Assembly (NCBI GenBank): GCA_965203295.1
Contig: CBDBCZ010000014.1
Location: forward strand, 32,001 to 96,000
Source of the DNA: Nitrospirales bacterium
GTDB lineage: Bacteria > Nitrospirota > Nitrospiria > Nitrospirales > UBA8639
Length of the DNA: 64,000 nucleotides
Direction of reading: 5' to 3'
Below the pieces are notes generated by a model that was not told the DNA's origin, made no database searches, and saw only the letters and a program-made list of their open reading frames with translations. Shown here piece after piece: positions 61,744 to 64,000 of the stretch. Each line of letters begins with the position of its first letter. Positions within the stretch are counted from its first letter, which is position 1. The translations under genes were made by a program, and so were the position numbers.

Positions 61744-62385
61744 ATGGAGCCCAGTAAAACAGAGATGGTAAGGCTCCACCTGGGATGTGGGAAGAGATAT
61801 CTCCCTGGATTCATTCATGTGGACCTGCTCCCATACGATCATATTGACTACAACTGCGATGTATCTGACATGAAGGATGTGTTTTCTGACAGAGTTGCAG
61901 ATGAGGTCTATGCATGTCACATCCTAGAGCACATTCCGAGGTGCAAGACACTTTCTGTTCTCAGTGAATGGAACCGTGTCCTTAAGGAGGGAGGCCTACT
62001 ACGAGTCTGTGTTCCTGATTTCCAAGCTGTGGTGAAGCAGTATCAACAGACAAGAAACTTGTCTGAACTAGAGGGCATCCTAAATGGTGGACAGAGAGAT
62101 CAGCTGGATTATCATCAAATGACTTTCGACTTACCTCTGCTCCAGTGCTTTCTTGAGGATGCTGGTTTCAACAACGTGCAACGCTATAATTGGAGGGAGT
62201 TCCTTCCAAAGGGCTATGATGACTACAGTCGCTCATACCTTCCCCACATGGATGAAACTGGGACGCTCATGTCTCTGAATGTTATTGCAACAAAGCATGA
62301 AACTCCAAGAAGCAAGCCTTCAGAAAGAGTTTGCTTTGCCATGGGCATACATCATCCTCCAGACATTCATGCATCGGCAAACTAA
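61744..62385 (+). CDS. Class I SAM-dependent methyltransferase (Methyltransf_11-like), 213 aa
   Basis: Motif I RLHLGCG, ADEVYACHILEH, EWNRVLKEGGLLRVCVPDF, LEDAGF and C-terminal DDYSRSYLPHMD...LMSLNV. Uninterrupted ORF. Confidence 0.9.
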   Translation: MEPSKTEMVRLHLGCGKRYLPGFIHVDLLPYDHIDYNCDVSDMKDVFSDRVADEVYACHILEHIPRCKTLSVLSEWNRVLKEGGLLRVCVPDFQAVVKQYQQTRNLSELEGILNGGQRDQLDYHQMTFDLPLLQCFLEDAGFNNVQRYNWREFLPKGYDDYSRSYLPHMDETGTLMSLNVIATKHETPRSKPSERVCFAMGIHHPPDIHASAN

Positions 62386-62819
62386 CTCTGAACGGATTGT
62401 TACAGTAATCAATTACCATCGTTAGCTATTAATACGTTCACTATAATTTCAAGACTTATGTACAAACAATTATGTGGTACTGGAATTCTATTATGTTGGT
62501 ACTGTGACATCATTACGATTATGATCATCTTCTGTTCATTCATTCATTCATATAATTATACATTGTCGAACTAACTCTGAACATCGTTATTGGAGTTGAC
62601 AGCACACTACCCTGTAAAAAAGGATTGTTTTAATCTAACTAGGGTTAAGCTAATCTTAGTTGCAGCTGCACTGCCAAACAATGCAGCTTTAATACACTCA
62701 CTACATGTAATAATTGTTTGTTGCGATACACAGTAGCAGCTGATTTCTTGGAGTGACCACAGGAGTGCTAACTCTCCGAGAAAAAAAAGCACTATCATGA
62801 ATTGTTTATGGTATCCCTG

Positions 62820-63198
62820 AGTAAAGTGATTTTATTGCACTGCACTTACTGCACATTTTCTGGTACACTGCAAAAATAAAGTGGTTGCAGGGTTTTAACC
62901 CATGCACATAAGGTTACCTCAGTTGCAGCCCCAGTACCAAAGAATGTGCAGTTACGTTCAGTGCAGTGCAGTAAGATCACTTTACTTGAAAGCCAAGCTA
63001 GATCAGCTTTATTAGGTGCATGGGATAGAAATGGGTTGGTACAAAATATGTTGTTAAGTGTCCTAATGGGTCTTTCCTTCCTTCTGAATTTGGAGAAATA
63101 GGGTGGTAAAGTGATCCACTTATTTATATTGTTTTGTATACTGCAACTGAGATATCCCTAGCTGGTTTAAAGCATGCAACCCTTTGAGTTTTGCAGTG
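62820..63198. repeat. Interleaved inverted repeats, one pair with CACTG...CAGTG termini (CACTA/CMC-like MITE relic)
   Basis: 62820-62865 is inverted at 62934-62987; 62866-62928 is inverted at 63141-63198. Confidence 0.5.
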
Positions 63199-64000
63199 CA
63201 TATTTCCTTAATAATGAAGGGCCTAGAACCAAAGTGGTCTAACCCACATAATTGACTTTACCTCTAAGCTCCCAAACTTGAGAATACTCTTAAAATGTGT
63301 GGCTACTTAGCTAAGTTTGAGAATTTACCATTTTTTGGTCTGCTCATAATGTATGATGTTGGTACATTAAGCCTACATGTAAGTTTTGGTATTCAATTTA
63401 TGATTTGCCAGACACATATATACTTTGGCTCAAAATGTTTGTGCCCTGGCTCAAACTCTTGTGTACCAACAATTGTGTTGTAGAGGAATTTTATTATACA
63501 CTTGGTGTGCATCTCAATTAGGCTTTCTGCATAGCTATAATTTCTTTAATACCTGGAATCTCCTCTGTTTATAGAATAGACTAAGGAAAGCCACACCAAT
63601 GGTGTCATTCAGCAGGTTTCTTGGAAATATACGATTGCAATAAAGCTGATGTGAAGCCAGACGTATTTTCCATATTGCTGAGTGTACTTCAGAGGGTGTA
63701 CGTAGGCGTACTCTTACTGGCTTGCAATTGCACACCCAAAAGGCTTCAGCATGCATTGCGAAAACACATTTGGGGCAAGTGCAGCATGACTCAGCTAGAT
63801 AATTGATAATATGAAGAGCCGAGAACCTCGGAGTGGGTCAACCCAACATTATGCCTTCTGAGCACGACCGAAAATGGTAAAATCTGAAAAATTAGGTAGC
63901 CTCTGAAACACATTAAGAATGTTCTCAAGTTTGAGAAAGGGAAAATCAATTTTGTTGGTTAGACCACTCTGGTTCTTGGCCCATCAACAGGGTTGAGAAC

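Overview
AT-rich eukaryotic (animal) genomic DNA with spliceosomal introns; gene and repeat content suggest a sponge, but that is inference. The window opens with the last two exons of a neurabin/SAMD14-like SAM-domain gene and ends near a single-exon, bacterial-looking class I methyltransferase. Most of it is a cluster of giant membrane-protein genes with intronless CDSs in two subfamilies. Subfamily A: 3963-8195 (+), 48713-52957 (-) and a deletion pseudogene at 32748-36102 (-). Subfamily B: 10320-14150 (-), 22842-27077 (-) and a relic near 9043-9260. Each has a signal peptide, a GG-x-[LI]/FxxN (Chlamydia Pmp / pectin-lyase-like) beta-helix ectodomain, a Cys-rich stalk and about 9-10 hydrophobic segments. 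The ectodomain varies in sequence and in repeat number (5 versus 12 variable coils in B), while the membrane domain is conserved. A ~15 kb tandem segmental duplication (about 27180-42076 / 43415-58377), a frameshifting deletion and gene relics indicate birth-and-death evolution. This fits a candidate variable-receptor system. Intergenic DNA holds decayed LINE, Gypsy, CRE-like and Ginger-like relics, hAT/piggyBac/mariner-type MITEs, Helentron-like elements and an unusual GAAG-capped hairpin element family. All similarities were judged by eye; no database search was run.
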